Notes under the pieces: generated by a model | What the model was told of the DNA's origin: nothing | Seen by the model: the letters and a program-made list of their open reading frames with translations, nothing else | Databases searched by the model: none | DNA from: Glycera tridactyla | Lineage: Eukaryota | Assembly (NCBI GenBank): GCA_965644265.1 | Contig: OZ286465.1 | Location: 21,824,001 to 21,888,000, forward strand | Direction of reading: 5' to 3' | DNA: 64,000 nt | In this document: piece after piece, positions 13,581 to 23,510 of the stretch | How the letters are laid out: each line of letters opens with the position of its first letter | How positions within the stretch are numbered: position 1 is the stretch's first letter | Position numbers and translations under genes: made by a program

Positions 13581-13833
13581 AGTTCAACTGATGCTGTCAC
13601 CGCTGCTTCTTCATCATCATCCACGCATTGTGGCTAATGCCCATACAGATATCCATGAACCAAGTTTAGCTAAACTTACTCGAAGGAGCACCAGGAGCAT
13701 TCTGTATCGGCCCTCTCTGCAGAGACTACCTTTCTATTAAGACTACTTTCACTATGTGACGGACAGATTAGACTATTTTTAATCTCCAGTGATCCCCAGT
13801 GAGAAGGTCATTTATTGGACATAGTCATACTGA

Positions 13834-13834
13834 C

Positions 13835-13885
<51 letters not shown>

Positions 13886-14128
13886 TTTTTAGTGATAGAA
13901 ATCATGTCAGAGACATATTTCCAGATTGTACTGGCGACAGGTCCATGAAATGTGTTCAAAACGCCCAAATTATTTTTTGCTTGTATGGGATTTGAACCAT
14001 CAACCTTCCAGTTTGGCACCCTTGCCAGCGAGAAACTGCCAGCGCTCCTGTCCTCTACACCACGGAGGGTCTATAAGAATGGATTCACTATGGATGCAGT
14101 CAAGCCAGAGCACTGGCAGTGTGACACA

Positions 14129-14187
<59 letters not shown>
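13834..14187. repeat. Two (CA)n microsatellites, ~13834-13884 and ~14124-14187
   Basis: Direct reading. Confidence 0.95.
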
Positions 14188-15031
14188 TTGAGCCATGCAG
14201 AATGATAGAATGTTCACCAAAAGTGTCCGAAATGAAACGGTGAAAAGACGAAATCAATCGATGGATTGTCTAAATGAATAGGTAAATGTCCGAAATGATT
14301 TTGTAAAGGTGTAAATGAAGAGGTGAATGGGCGAAATCAATGTTATACTACCGGTATGTACATTGGACAGGTGACCTTCCAAAGAGGCTGTTTTTGTGAA
14401 CATACTCTCATCCCATGGTTACCTCAAGATGGCCTCTCTATGGAGGTGGTCTCTCGACCAGGTTCGACTGTGCTTTGAACATGCTGAACAGCCATATTCA
14501 AACATCTCAATTTCAATCGCAGATGTACCACTCGAAAGTATTTGGTTGGCATTTCCAGAAATGACACCTTGAGTGTCTGTGAATTTCATAAATTTTCGCC
14601 CTCCGTTTGGGGCCCAGAAGGAGGAGTCTTGGAAGTCCCACCCACGCCCATTGCATGGGTGTCACAATATAGGACGGATGGTGCTGACGTGACGTTTAAC
14701 CAGAACCAACCAACCAACCAACCATTTCCAATATATATATATACATTTGAACCTGTCTATAAAGACCGCCTTCGGTCGCATCGAAAAGTGGTCTTCATGG
14801 GCAAGTGGTCTTTATAGAGGTTGTTTACTGTTGGAAATACTACCACGGTCGCAGCTCAGGGGGGTCTATATAGAGAGTTGGTCTTTGTAGAGAGGTAGTC
14901 TTTAGAGCAGGTTCGACTGCATGGATGGCTCAATGTTGTGCGTAGTCTATCAACGAGTGTGTATAAATTACGTTTCTACATCACGGTACGTGGTGCATTT
15001 TCCTGTTTCAAGTTCCATAGTTTGTTTGCCT

Positions 15032-15102
15032 GCCTTGGTGGCTCAGTCGTAGCATGCTGGGCTGGCGTGCAATGGGTTTGAGGTTCAATCCCCAGTCCTA
15101 CC
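15032..15102 (+). pseudogene. tRNA-derived SINE head or tRNA pseudogene; similar heads on - at ~47080-47165 and ~13940-14030
   Basis: A box TGGCTCAGTCG (15039-15049) and B box GGTTCAATCC (15082-15091); no convincing acceptor stem. Confidence 0.55.
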
Positions 15103-15718
15103 ATGCAGGAATGTTTCACCCTTCATCTTCGCTCCTCCTTGGCAGGTGGTCTGATTTAGCCTACTCAAGTGCAGAAAATGGACCTAAAACCTCAACATTT
15201 CATTTCCGCAGTTTGTTTGAAATGAAGGCATCTTTCTCAGGTTTAAGAGTCGACATCCGGCCAGTTACATAAGATGCAGTCGATCCTACCCCAGAGGCCA
15301 CACTGAGCTCAGGCCATCATAGCATGTTCTATTAGTTTTTGGAAAGCACAAAATGTGCAATAATTATGCTGTTAAAGTAACTTGATTAGGAAATTATATA
15401 TAACATTTCCTAATTACTAGATAGAATCATGCTATTTAAATACATTTCAGAAAACGTCATTTCAATATAACATTCTACATTTTTTTTGGCGATTTTTGCC
15501 AGGAATAAAATGAATGTTAAGTTAACCATTTCACCATTAGACGTTCGGCTCATTCGATGGTTAGATAATTCTGCGACCCTTCTCTTTCACATTCACCTCT
15601 GTTGGTACTCTGGCGAAAAAAGGCGGGAATCGTGAAGGTGATGTCAGTGCCATCTATCGGTGATATTTACAACCATTGGATGGTGACAATCGCCACCAGG
15701 TTGCACTGTCGAGCAAAA

Positions 15719-15742
15719 ATGGCGTCGAACGGGGAAGTCAAG
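15719..15742 (+). CDS. Candidate first coding exon (MASNGEVK), tentatively of the Myb/SANT-like gene
   Basis: CAAAAATGGCG start context (YY1-like) in a CpG-rich stretch, strong donor AAG|GTAAGA, phase 0 matching the acceptor at 29373. The linkage is inferred. Confidence 0.45.
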
Positions 15743-16321
15743 GTAAGAAGGTTAAAGCTACAATTTTCAGTAAAATAATGCTTGATTCTCTACCTATTAT
15801 CCGCCAGGCGATTGTGTCGATGTTTATGCGTACCAAGAAACATCCCCATCTTGAACTGGCGCTTCGCATTAGACTCTGGAAGAGTTTTCCTACGTCGGAC
15901 CTATTTTCGCCGTGGACCATTTTCCACGAGTTGTGACTGGGAAGTAAATTTCAAGTTCCCAAGCTGTCACTTGTTGTCCACGCGATCTCACAGTCTGACT
16001 AGGCAGTGAATTATATTAGTGAGCAGATGGGCTGGAAGAAATACACTCCGAACTATCCTGGATAATATTCTCTCGGGTTGACACGTCTGACTTTCTAAAG
16101 TTCACAAGTGTCAGTGTTAGACCACACCATGTGTATCCCAGACAGATCCAAGTTATGCTATCCTGGCTATGGCAATATACACTGAATCAGGTATACAAGA
16201 TTGTTGACTCACCATCCACTCAGTCGTCCCTATCGCATAGGAATCTGAATTTCTGTGTGAATCAAGTAATGTGTCCACCGTCCAAACCCTGCATGAGTTT
16301 GCAGAGTAACGAGACAAGTCA

Positions 16322-16550
16322 ACCTTACGTTACCTTACGTAGCCCCTGGACGCAGGTCATTTTTATGACCTCTGTATCCAGATCGTTAGTGATCTATATA
16401 AACTTGCATGCGCTTTGGGTTAGAAGTGGGTATCGGCTCTGTAGTTATATTTTCCTGGGTGATGCTGCCAGTGTTTGTCGAGCAGATTTTTGAGGCTGTT
16501 GATGGAGGTGGCCTTCACTACTTCGTTCGGAAGGTTGTTCCAGTGATGTA
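16322..16550 (-). mobile_element. 3' end of the CR1-group LINE, separated from its body by the Ngaro insertion
   Basis: Minus frame VHHWNNLPNEVVKATSINSLKNLLDKHW..* (stop 16420-16422); 3' hairpin AGGTCAT-TTTT-ATGACCT (16354-16371); short tandem tail (ACGTAAGGT)x2. Confidence 0.9.
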
Positions 16551-17246
16551 CGATTGAGAAGGGGGGGACAGAATCGACAAACTAGAAAATGCTTAATCAA
16601 TTTTTAATTGACAAAATATGCAGCCAGCCACACAGCTCGGCCGAGAAGAAAGATGACTTATCAAATCACTGCTTGGCGTACGCCACAGCAGCTTCAAGAT
16701 ATCTAACCAGATTAGATATTCATTAGCAACAACTTAAAGGGCAAATGCCCGTAACTAGTAAAACAGATTCGTGTAATTACCGCAGATGGGTAGGCCAGTA
16801 GGCCTCAAAGGCAGTCTGAAAAATTACAGTCAGACGCCGCTACATATGGACTTCACGGGAAGGCTAATTACCACCAACCCGGGCAGAGCATCTCTATGCG
16901 GATCTATGGAAATGAAAGATATGAGCTGTATAATCAACCTATTACATGAAGTTCAAAAGTCAGTCTACTCCGTCGAGCGCATTACAGCCCGACTGTCTTC
17001 CGTTGGCTCATTGGTTGACAATGGACTTCACAGGTAGGCTATTTACTGCCTGCCTGGTTAAGCAACATGTGTTTGAGCCCTTGAGGCGTGAGTAATGTAC
17101 TGCAGAATTCAAGTTACTGAGTGAAAATCAGCCCTATTTATCACAGTATTATGAGATATCTTTCTATTTAACAAGGCTGACATTCCAAAGGATATTTGAG
17201 AGCTGAAAAAGCCCTCCCTCCTGGTCTTCCTGTATGACCGCCAAGG
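16551..17246 (-). repeat. Split direct repeat B2, ~696 bp, copy of B1 17633-18329
   Basis: By eye differs only by a G-run (7 vs 8) and A16776 vs G17859. Confidence 0.95.
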
Positions 17247-17324
17247 GCGACATTTAGTCGGGAAAAACCCCTAAAAACAGGATGATTACAAAGGAGGTGT
17301 CTATATGGGGATGGAGGTGGGTAA

Positions 17325-17635
17325 ATCCAAAAATTCCGTCCACCCGAAATTGCAACCTGCCGCCCAGCTGGTTGAATTCAAAATGGCGCTGATTCAGGCG
17401 TTGACGCTGTGACGTGGCATCGCCAAGTACGTGACGTCACAAACATCACCATGGTGACTATTGTTGCTCCCTGGAAGGGGAGCTAGACAATCATGTGGCT
17501 AACTGTAAAATTAACATGCTATCCAGCACAACACGTACATAAAACCTTAATCCAATCAGTCAATAGCAGAATTATTTGAGCATTCCATCCCCCCCACTCA
17601 ACCGCAAATGTCAGCCCATGGGTGGCATTTTCCGA
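17325..17635 (-). repeat. Split direct repeat A2, 311 bp, copy of A1 23200-23510
   Basis: By eye two substitutions (17411/23286, 17475/23350). Contains CRE-like GTGACGTCAC and YY1-like CAAAATGGCG motifs. Confidence 0.95.
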
Positions 17636-18428
17636 TTGAGAAGGGGGGGGACAGAATCGACAAACTAGAAAATGCTTAATCAATTTTTAATTGACAAAAT
17701 ATGCAGCCAGCCACACAGCTCGGCCGAGAAGAAAGATGACTTATCAAATCACTGCTTGGCGTACGCCACAGCAGCTTCAAGATATCTAACCAGATTAGAT
17801 ATTCATTAGCAACAACTTAAAGGGCAAATGCCCGTAACTAGTAAAACAGATTCGTGTAGTTACCGCAGATGGGTAGGCCAGTAGGCCTCAAAGGCAGTCT
17901 GAAAAATTACAGTCAGACGCCGCTACATATGGACTTCACGGGAAGGCTAATTACCACCAACCCGGGCAGAGCATCTCTATGCGGATCTATGGAAATGAAA
18001 GATATGAGCTGTATAATCAACCTATTACATGAAGTTCAAAAGTCAGTCTACTCCGTCGAGCGCATTACAGCCCGACTGTCTTCCGTTGGCTCATTGGTTG
18101 ACAATGGACTTCACAGGTAGGCTATTTACTGCCTGCCTGGTTAAGCAACATGTGTTTGAGCCCTTGAGGCGTGAGTAATGTACTGCAGAATTCAAGTTAC
18201 TGAGTGAAAATCAGCCCTATTTATCACAGTATTATGAGATATCTTTCTATTTAACAAGGCTGACATTCCAAAGGATATTTGAGAGCTGAAAAAGCCCTCC
18301 CTCCTGGTCTTCCTGTATGACCGCCAAGGCATATGTTGAAGGCAAGCCTTCAACACGGGCATCAGAGAAAACCACCACACCCGCCTGCTGGCCTGACCTC
18401 GAATAGCGACAGGCGAGACAGGCTCTCT

Positions 18429-19340
18429 CTATAAAGATAACAAGTCCGGGCGTATATAGCGCAGGAAACAAAAGGATTTCCAGCGTCCAAGAAGTTTAAT
18501 TTGTACCACTGACGCCCCGGACGACGCCAGGTCGGAGCACGCTCCAATTCGGAAGCTGTGCGGCGTGTATTTCATTGGGTCAAGACCCAGAAGAGTGACG
18601 GCCTTCTTAAGACAACTCCTGAACCATGTCTGGCCATACGGGGTGCCCGTGTGGTCGCACATAAGGTGCCCAGGGGCTGAGCCTCTGACATGCAAAAATA
18701 AAGCTAAGCGAGTAACTGGGCAGGTTGAGTTATTGGTAGCAACCAGCCTGATCTTAAGAGGCTCAAAAGCTGTCGTTTTGGACGAGGCCAGAGTTAAAAT
18801 GGCTGCTGAGATACCGTTGACTGAAACTTCGTATTCGATATTATTCAAAGTTAAGGCGTGATCGGAAAGTGGAGATCGGAATAGTTCGCTGATCCGCAAT
18901 GCCGCAGCATATAGCAAACAAACTGCCGCTTTAAAAGCTAATTGATCGTAAGTGGCGGACGCCACGGCGCCTGTCACTTGTACTATGTCAGCCAGCAAGC
19001 CCAGAGTAATGGGCCTGCGGGCGTCTCTTTTAGGCGCTGATTTCCTGAAAGAGAGCAACAGTTTTCGAATACGGAATGAGCTAGTAGGCTCGATTTTGTC
19101 TCTGGCTTTGTGTGCAAAAGCAATGGCGGCGCAAATATTGCGAATAGTACTATACGATAAGTCGGCAAAATGAGCAAGAATGATGAAAAGTTCAACAAGT
19201 TTACCACTCACTGGAAAAATGGGGGGCAAACCAGTGATCTCTATAACAAAATTGACGAACTGATTCCAGTATCTTGAATAGCTTCGAAGGGTGGATGATG
19301 CCACGCTACGAGACAAACAAAACCCTACAATCCTGTCCAA
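18429..19340 (-). CDS. Tyrosine recombinase of the Ngaro element (frame open from ~19440; no ATG near its start)
   Basis: Catalytic set AALRISEL (R), SSKT (K), HSFRIG (HxxR), LGRW (W), RYIR (Y); overlaps the pol stop. Confidence 0.93.
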   Translation of the reverse strand: MDRIVGFCLSRSVASSTLRSYSRYWNQFVNFVIEITGLPPIFPVSGKLVELFIILAHFADLSYSTIRNICAAIAFAHKARDKIEPTSSFRIRKLLLSFRKSAPKRDARRPITLGLLADIVQVTGAVASATYDQLAFKAAVCLLYAAALRISELFRSPLSDHALTLNNIEYEVSVNGISAAILTLASSKTTAFEPLKIRLVATNNSTCPVTRLALFLHVRGSAPGHLMCDHTGTPYGQTWFRSCLKKAVTLLGLDPMKYTPHSFRIGACSDLASSGASVVQIKLLGRWKSFCFLRYIRPDLLSL

Positions 19341-20965
19341 TTGCTCGGCATTAATTGAGTAGGAATTTGCTCGGGGCTTGGACGCAATCCCAGACGGCGA
19401 AGGCCCATCTCTCGGACCTGAAACCGAGAGATCGCATCAGCGATATTATTCTCCAGCCCCGGGATATGTTCGCTGTCAAAAACAATATTCATACACAAAG
19501 CGACCAACACAAGCTGCCTAACAAGTCGCATGACATGCTTGTCCTTGGACGACTGCTTATTGAGGATGGTTACTAGGGCGAGGTTATCTGTGTGGAAACG
19601 CACCCGGCAATTAGCCAACCGTTCTGCAAATATATGCACTGCCACCACAATGGGGAAAAGCTCTAGAAAAGTTTTGTGGAAATCCCTCCAGTGGGGAGGG
19701 AAAGGCACCTCGAACCATTGATCGCCCAAAAAACCTCCGCAGCCCTTAAAACACGCGTCTGTGTAAAGGTCCAATTCGGGACTTGACCAGATGCGGGAGG
19801 ACAAGAAGAAGGTCTTCCCATTATACTTTTGGAGAAAGAGCAACCAGATACGAAGGTCTTGCTTCACGTCTGATGACAACGCAATTTTGGAAAACGGTGT
19901 CCGTTTGCCACAAGTACAGTTAATTAATCTTCGGAGGAAAGGCCGTCCTGGTAGGACCACGTTGGCCGCCCATTGGAGACAACCCAAGATTTGCTGCAGG
20001 TCTGCCAAAGTGACGATGTCCGTACTCAGGAAAACCATAATGCGTTTGATATATTCCTCCACCTTATAATTTGGGAGAGTGGCATAGAAATCGGAAGTAT
20101 TCAATTCAATACCCAAGAAAACCAGAGATTTCGCTGGACCAACAGTTTTGTCCGGCGCCAGGGGCACCCCTAGGCGCTTACAAAGAGCACAAAAAATATG
20201 CAAGGATGTTGAACAAGAGGACTCCGTAGGGTCAAGGAGGAGGAAGTCATCTATGTAATGGATAATGTTTGTGATCCCAAACTTATTCTTTGCTATCCAT
20301 TCAATGGCTGTAGCAAATGTCTCAAATATTTTACAACTAGACCTGCCTCCAAAAACGAGGCATTTGTCATGATAAAACTTATCACCCACGCGAAAACCCA
20401 GCAAATGATACTCATTGGGGTCGATGGGCATGAGTCTGAACGCGGACACCACATCTGTTTTACATAGATAAGTTCCTCTTCCCATTGACATAATGCACTT
20501 GATCGCATCCCCCACGGATGAATATTTTACACACGCTTCGCTGTCTGGGATGAGGCCGTTGATTGATAAACAAGAATAAGGGTATGAGAGGTCTTGGATT
20601 AATCTATATTTCCCAGGTTCTTTTTTGGGCCTGATAGTGAGAGGTGCAATGTGCATATCATCAAACGGCATATCACTGAAGGGCCCGGCCATACGGCCCA
20701 GGCCAAGCTCTTTATTTACTAAATTTAGGACAATATCGGGATTTCTCTCAGCAGGAAGAGAATTTTTTGTGGCTTGGTAAACCGGCCCGGCCGCTCTACC
20801 CATTGAGAATCCATACGTGAATCCATTTACTAAATACAATGATGTCGCCCGGTCGTACCCATGTAATTGCCTGGCGAGCTCGTCTGGCGAAACAGGAGTT
20901 GGGAGCGCCGACGTGATAGGGAAAGGCCCCTCATTGAAGTAATTAAATCCTAAAACATAGAAAAA
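19325..20965 (-). CDS. Reverse transcriptase + RNase H (pol) of the Ngaro element; the frame opens at 20965, upstream of the track ORF start
   Basis: LPTPV..YLVNGFTYGF; KTDVVSAFR; FGGRSSC; YIDDFL; RNase H LYTDAC, LELFPI, TDN, IADAISR. Confidence 0.95.
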   Translation of the reverse strand, partial: FFYVLGFNYFNEGPFPITSALPTPVSPDELARQLHGYDRATSLYLVNGFTYGFSMGRAAGPVYQATKNSLPAERNPDIVLNLVNKELGLGRMAGPFSDMPFDDMHIAPLTIRPKKEPGKYRLIQDLSYPYSCLSINGLIPDSEACVKYSSVGDAIKCIMSMGRGTYLCKTDVVSAFRLMPIDPNEYHLLGFRVGDKFYHDKCLVFGGRSSCKIFETFATAIEWIAKNKFGITNIIHYIDDFLLLDPTESSCSTSLHIFCALCKRLGVPLAPDKTVGPAKSLVFLGIELNTSDFYATLPNYKVEEYIKRIMVFLSTDIVTLADLQQILGCLQWAANVVLPGRPFLRRLINCTCGKRTPFSKIALSSDVKQDLRIWLLFLQKYNGKTFFLSSRIWSSPELDLYTDACFKGCGGFLGDQWFEVPFPPHWRDFHKTFLELFPIVVAVHIFAERLANCRVRFHTDNLALVTILNKQSSKDKHVMRLVRQLVLVALCMNIVFDSEHIPGLENNIADAISRFQVREMGLRRLGLRPSPEQIPTQLMPSNWTGL

Positions 20966-20975
20966 TCAGAAAAAC

Positions 20976-22316
20976 CTAGTTCTTATTCTCTTTCTTGGCC
21001 TGGTCATGCTGTTTAGGGGCCGGCTCTTTGTTAGTTGTTTTCTTAGCATCACTGGATTTCGCACATTTGAACACAGGATGGGACGCCCCGCACCCGGGGG
21101 TGGGGCAAGAGTGTTTGTATCCGCAATCCTTGCCTTTGTTGCATGACTGGCCCTGATTGTGATAGGCGTAGCAGTATGCTCGCGGGACCTTATGGATAGT
21201 GATGTTACTGGAATCAAACCCCCCAGCCGAAGAAGGAGGTCTCGAAAAAGACGTTGTCTTTTTGGCGATGGCACGCGTATAGAGATCAGTCCTAATGGCA
21301 TCCCATGAGGGCGGCTGGGATGTGAATGAACGTTCTCTCCTATATACTTCGTCATACGACTTCCAATCTAAGCGATCGGTTGCCATTTGTTTGACGAAAC
21401 GATAATACGTAAGAAGCTCAGCCGCCAGCGAACTGTTGCCAGGCTTCCTAAGTAATACTGCCATGAAAATCTCAAAACATTGCGACCACTGATTAATATC
21501 TTTGATAGTGCGGGCCCCCTTCTGGACAAAAGATAACGCTCCTGTCGAATCAGACGGGGTAAACGCCAACTCAAATTTGGGTTCATATTCTGTAGGTAGA
21601 AGGGAAGCCAAGTTCAAGTAGGTACCTTGCCAAATTATACTGATAAGTTTCTTGTCCACAGCCTCACCACATTTTAAACCGGAACAAGTCAACGGGCCCG
21701 GGGAATGTAACTCCAGGATGGGAATATTCAAGATAGGGTCATCTTGAACATCGGCTTCAGCAATTTCAGAAAGCGAGTCACCCATACCTTTGTCCAAACC
21801 AGGCACCAGTCCCATGTCTGTAACTTCTGCAGCGTTTACGACTGTAATGGGAGCATCGTTCACCGTCGATTGGGTATCGGTAGAGCGCACACGCCCCTCT
21901 ACACTACGCCCCTGCATGTGGGAATCAAAAGAGTTCTTCAACTCAGAAACAGAAGATGCCCCTGAATTCACAGTAGTCGCTGCATCGTTGATGATTGCCA
22001 GTAGGGATGCATATTCCGCAGATGAAATGCTGGGGTTGGCTGAGGACTCACGAGGGCCAGAAGAGGAGCCGGCCACATTAAGTATGCCATTGGCGTGGTC
22101 CAATCTCACAGCCAATGGCACCGAAGACGACATATCATTGGGTGAAACAGCCACTCCACTGTCTGAAGTCACATCGGAAGCCGAGGCAACGTTGTCTGTT
22201 CGAGGATTCAGCACATCAGCCATAGGCGAGGAAAGGAGCCTATCTGTCAACTGTACTGCTCTCTTCGGGGTAGAAGGCGGGGCCAACTTCGACTTCGACG
22301 GACACTTGCGAGTCAT
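20976..22316 (-). CDS. Gag-like ORF1 of the Ngaro element (first ATG 22316; track start 22328 is TTG)
   Basis: C-terminal Cys/His knuckle CYAYHNQGQSCNKGKDCGYKHSCPTPGCGASHPVFKC and W..YDE.YR motif, typical of DIRS/Ngaro ORF1. Confidence 0.88.
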   Translation of the reverse strand: MTRKCPSKSKLAPPSTPKRAVQLTDRLLSSPMADVLNPRTDNVASASDVTSDSGVAVSPNDMSSSVPLAVRLDHANGILNVAGSSSGPRESSANPSISSAEYASLLAIINDAATTVNSGASSVSELKNSFDSHMQGRSVEGRVRSTDTQSTVNDAPITVVNAAEVTDMGLVPGLDKGMGDSLSEIAEADVQDDPILNIPILELHSPGPLTCSGLKCGEAVDKKLISIIWQGTYLNLASLLPTEYEPKFELAFTPSDSTGALSFVQKGARTIKDINQWSQCFEIFMAVLLRKPGNSSLAAELLTYYRFVKQMATDRLDWKSYDEVYRRERSFTSQPPSWDAIRTDLYTRAIAKKTTSFSRPPSSAGGFDSSNITIHKVPRAYCYAYHNQGQSCNKGKDCGYKHSCPTPGCGASHPVFKCAKSSDAKKTTNKEPAPKQHDQAKKENKN

Positions 22317-22719
22317 GGCACCTGCCAAAAAGATGCGAGAATATCATCGATGGTCGGGAGTGTGAGAGGGGGGGGGGGGGGGGGGAGGGGAAATGGGGGG
22401 GGGGGCGTGCATCAGCACAAGACACACGTCTCTGTGGAAATGCAAGGTGACCGGCGAAAAACAAGGATACAACAGCACGAGACGCACATCTACGTGGATC
22501 CCGCCTAAACTCGCAATATGCTTAGACCATGATTAAGAGGCGGGGACTGGGGACAGTTGGGGAGAAACAACGAGTGATAGTGTGAATAACATACCTTCGC
22601 TGTGTGTCAAGAAAAGAATTACGAAAGGGGGAAGTTGAGAACACCACGTTCCGTTGTTTGCCAACAATTCTATTTCTGTCACGTTGAGGGCGTGACACCT
22701 TGACAACTACAGCCGACAG

Positions 22720-22900
22720 GCCAATCAACGAACGAGTGTGAGTCACGTGGACAAAATACGGCCGTTCATTGGAAGCGGCACTCCAGGCCGACCCCGCACG
22801 AGGTCAGCCAGTGACGTCACACGAAGACGCTAATCTGATTGGAAGCGGCACTCCGATGTTACCGCAAAAGGCGGGAAAGAGTGCGGGCGAATCCTCGGCT
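22720..22900. promoter_or_regulatory. Motif cluster in the Ngaro 5' region (CCAAT/ATTGG several times, GTGACGTCAC, CACGTG)
   Basis: Motifs seen directly; function inferred. Confidence 0.35.
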
Positions 22901-23510
22901 CATTGGAGGGAGGGTTCAAAGAACACATTATAAGAAATAACAAATATTAGCGATACCATTGGGGCATCATTGAATTCTTCGAAACAGACAAATTATGTTC
23001 CTTCGAACCAACAGCATTAGCTGAACTGCCTCTTAATCGGCTAATAAATCTTGAACGGCCGGGGAGGCGTATCTAACAAAACCAAAAATACGTCTCAACA
23101 AAATTGACAAGGCTGGGCGGCACCTTAATGTTCTATTTCGTTGCGGAGACTGAACAGGGAACGGCGCATCTGGTCAGCAAAACGCTGAAAAGCCCAATGA
23201 TCCAAAAATTCCGTCCACCCGAAATTGCAACCTGCCGCCCAGCTGGTTGAATTCAAAATGGCGCTGATTCAGGCGTTGACGCTGTCACGTGGCATCGCCA
23301 AGTACGTGACGTCACAAACATCACCATGGTGACTATTGTTGCTCCCTGGGAGGGGAGCTAGACAATCATGTGGCTAACTGTAAAATTAACATGCTATCCA
23401 GCACAACACGTACATAAAACCTTAATCCAATCAGTCAATAGCAGAATTATTTGAGCATTCCATCCCCCCCACTCAACCGCAAATGTCAGCCCATGGGTGG
23501 CATTTTCCGA

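Larger units (their letters stand above)
16551..23510 (-). mobile_element. Ngaro-type tyrosine-recombinase (DIRS-group) retrotransposon, full length, split direct repeats
   Basis: Order on minus: A1 (23200-23510), gag, RT/RH, YR, B1 (17633-18329), A2 (17325-17635), spacer, B2 (16551-17246). No methyltransferase domain after RNase H and no inverted terminal repeats. Confidence 0.92.

Noticed and set aside
18247-18471. ORF after YR as a Ngaro hydrolase ORF
   Set aside because: Too short, runs into repeat B, and lacks SGNH/GDSL motifs.
21790-22365. 191-aa antisense ORF over gag
   Set aside because: Ser/Ala/Thr-rich shadow of the gag codon bias; no motifs.
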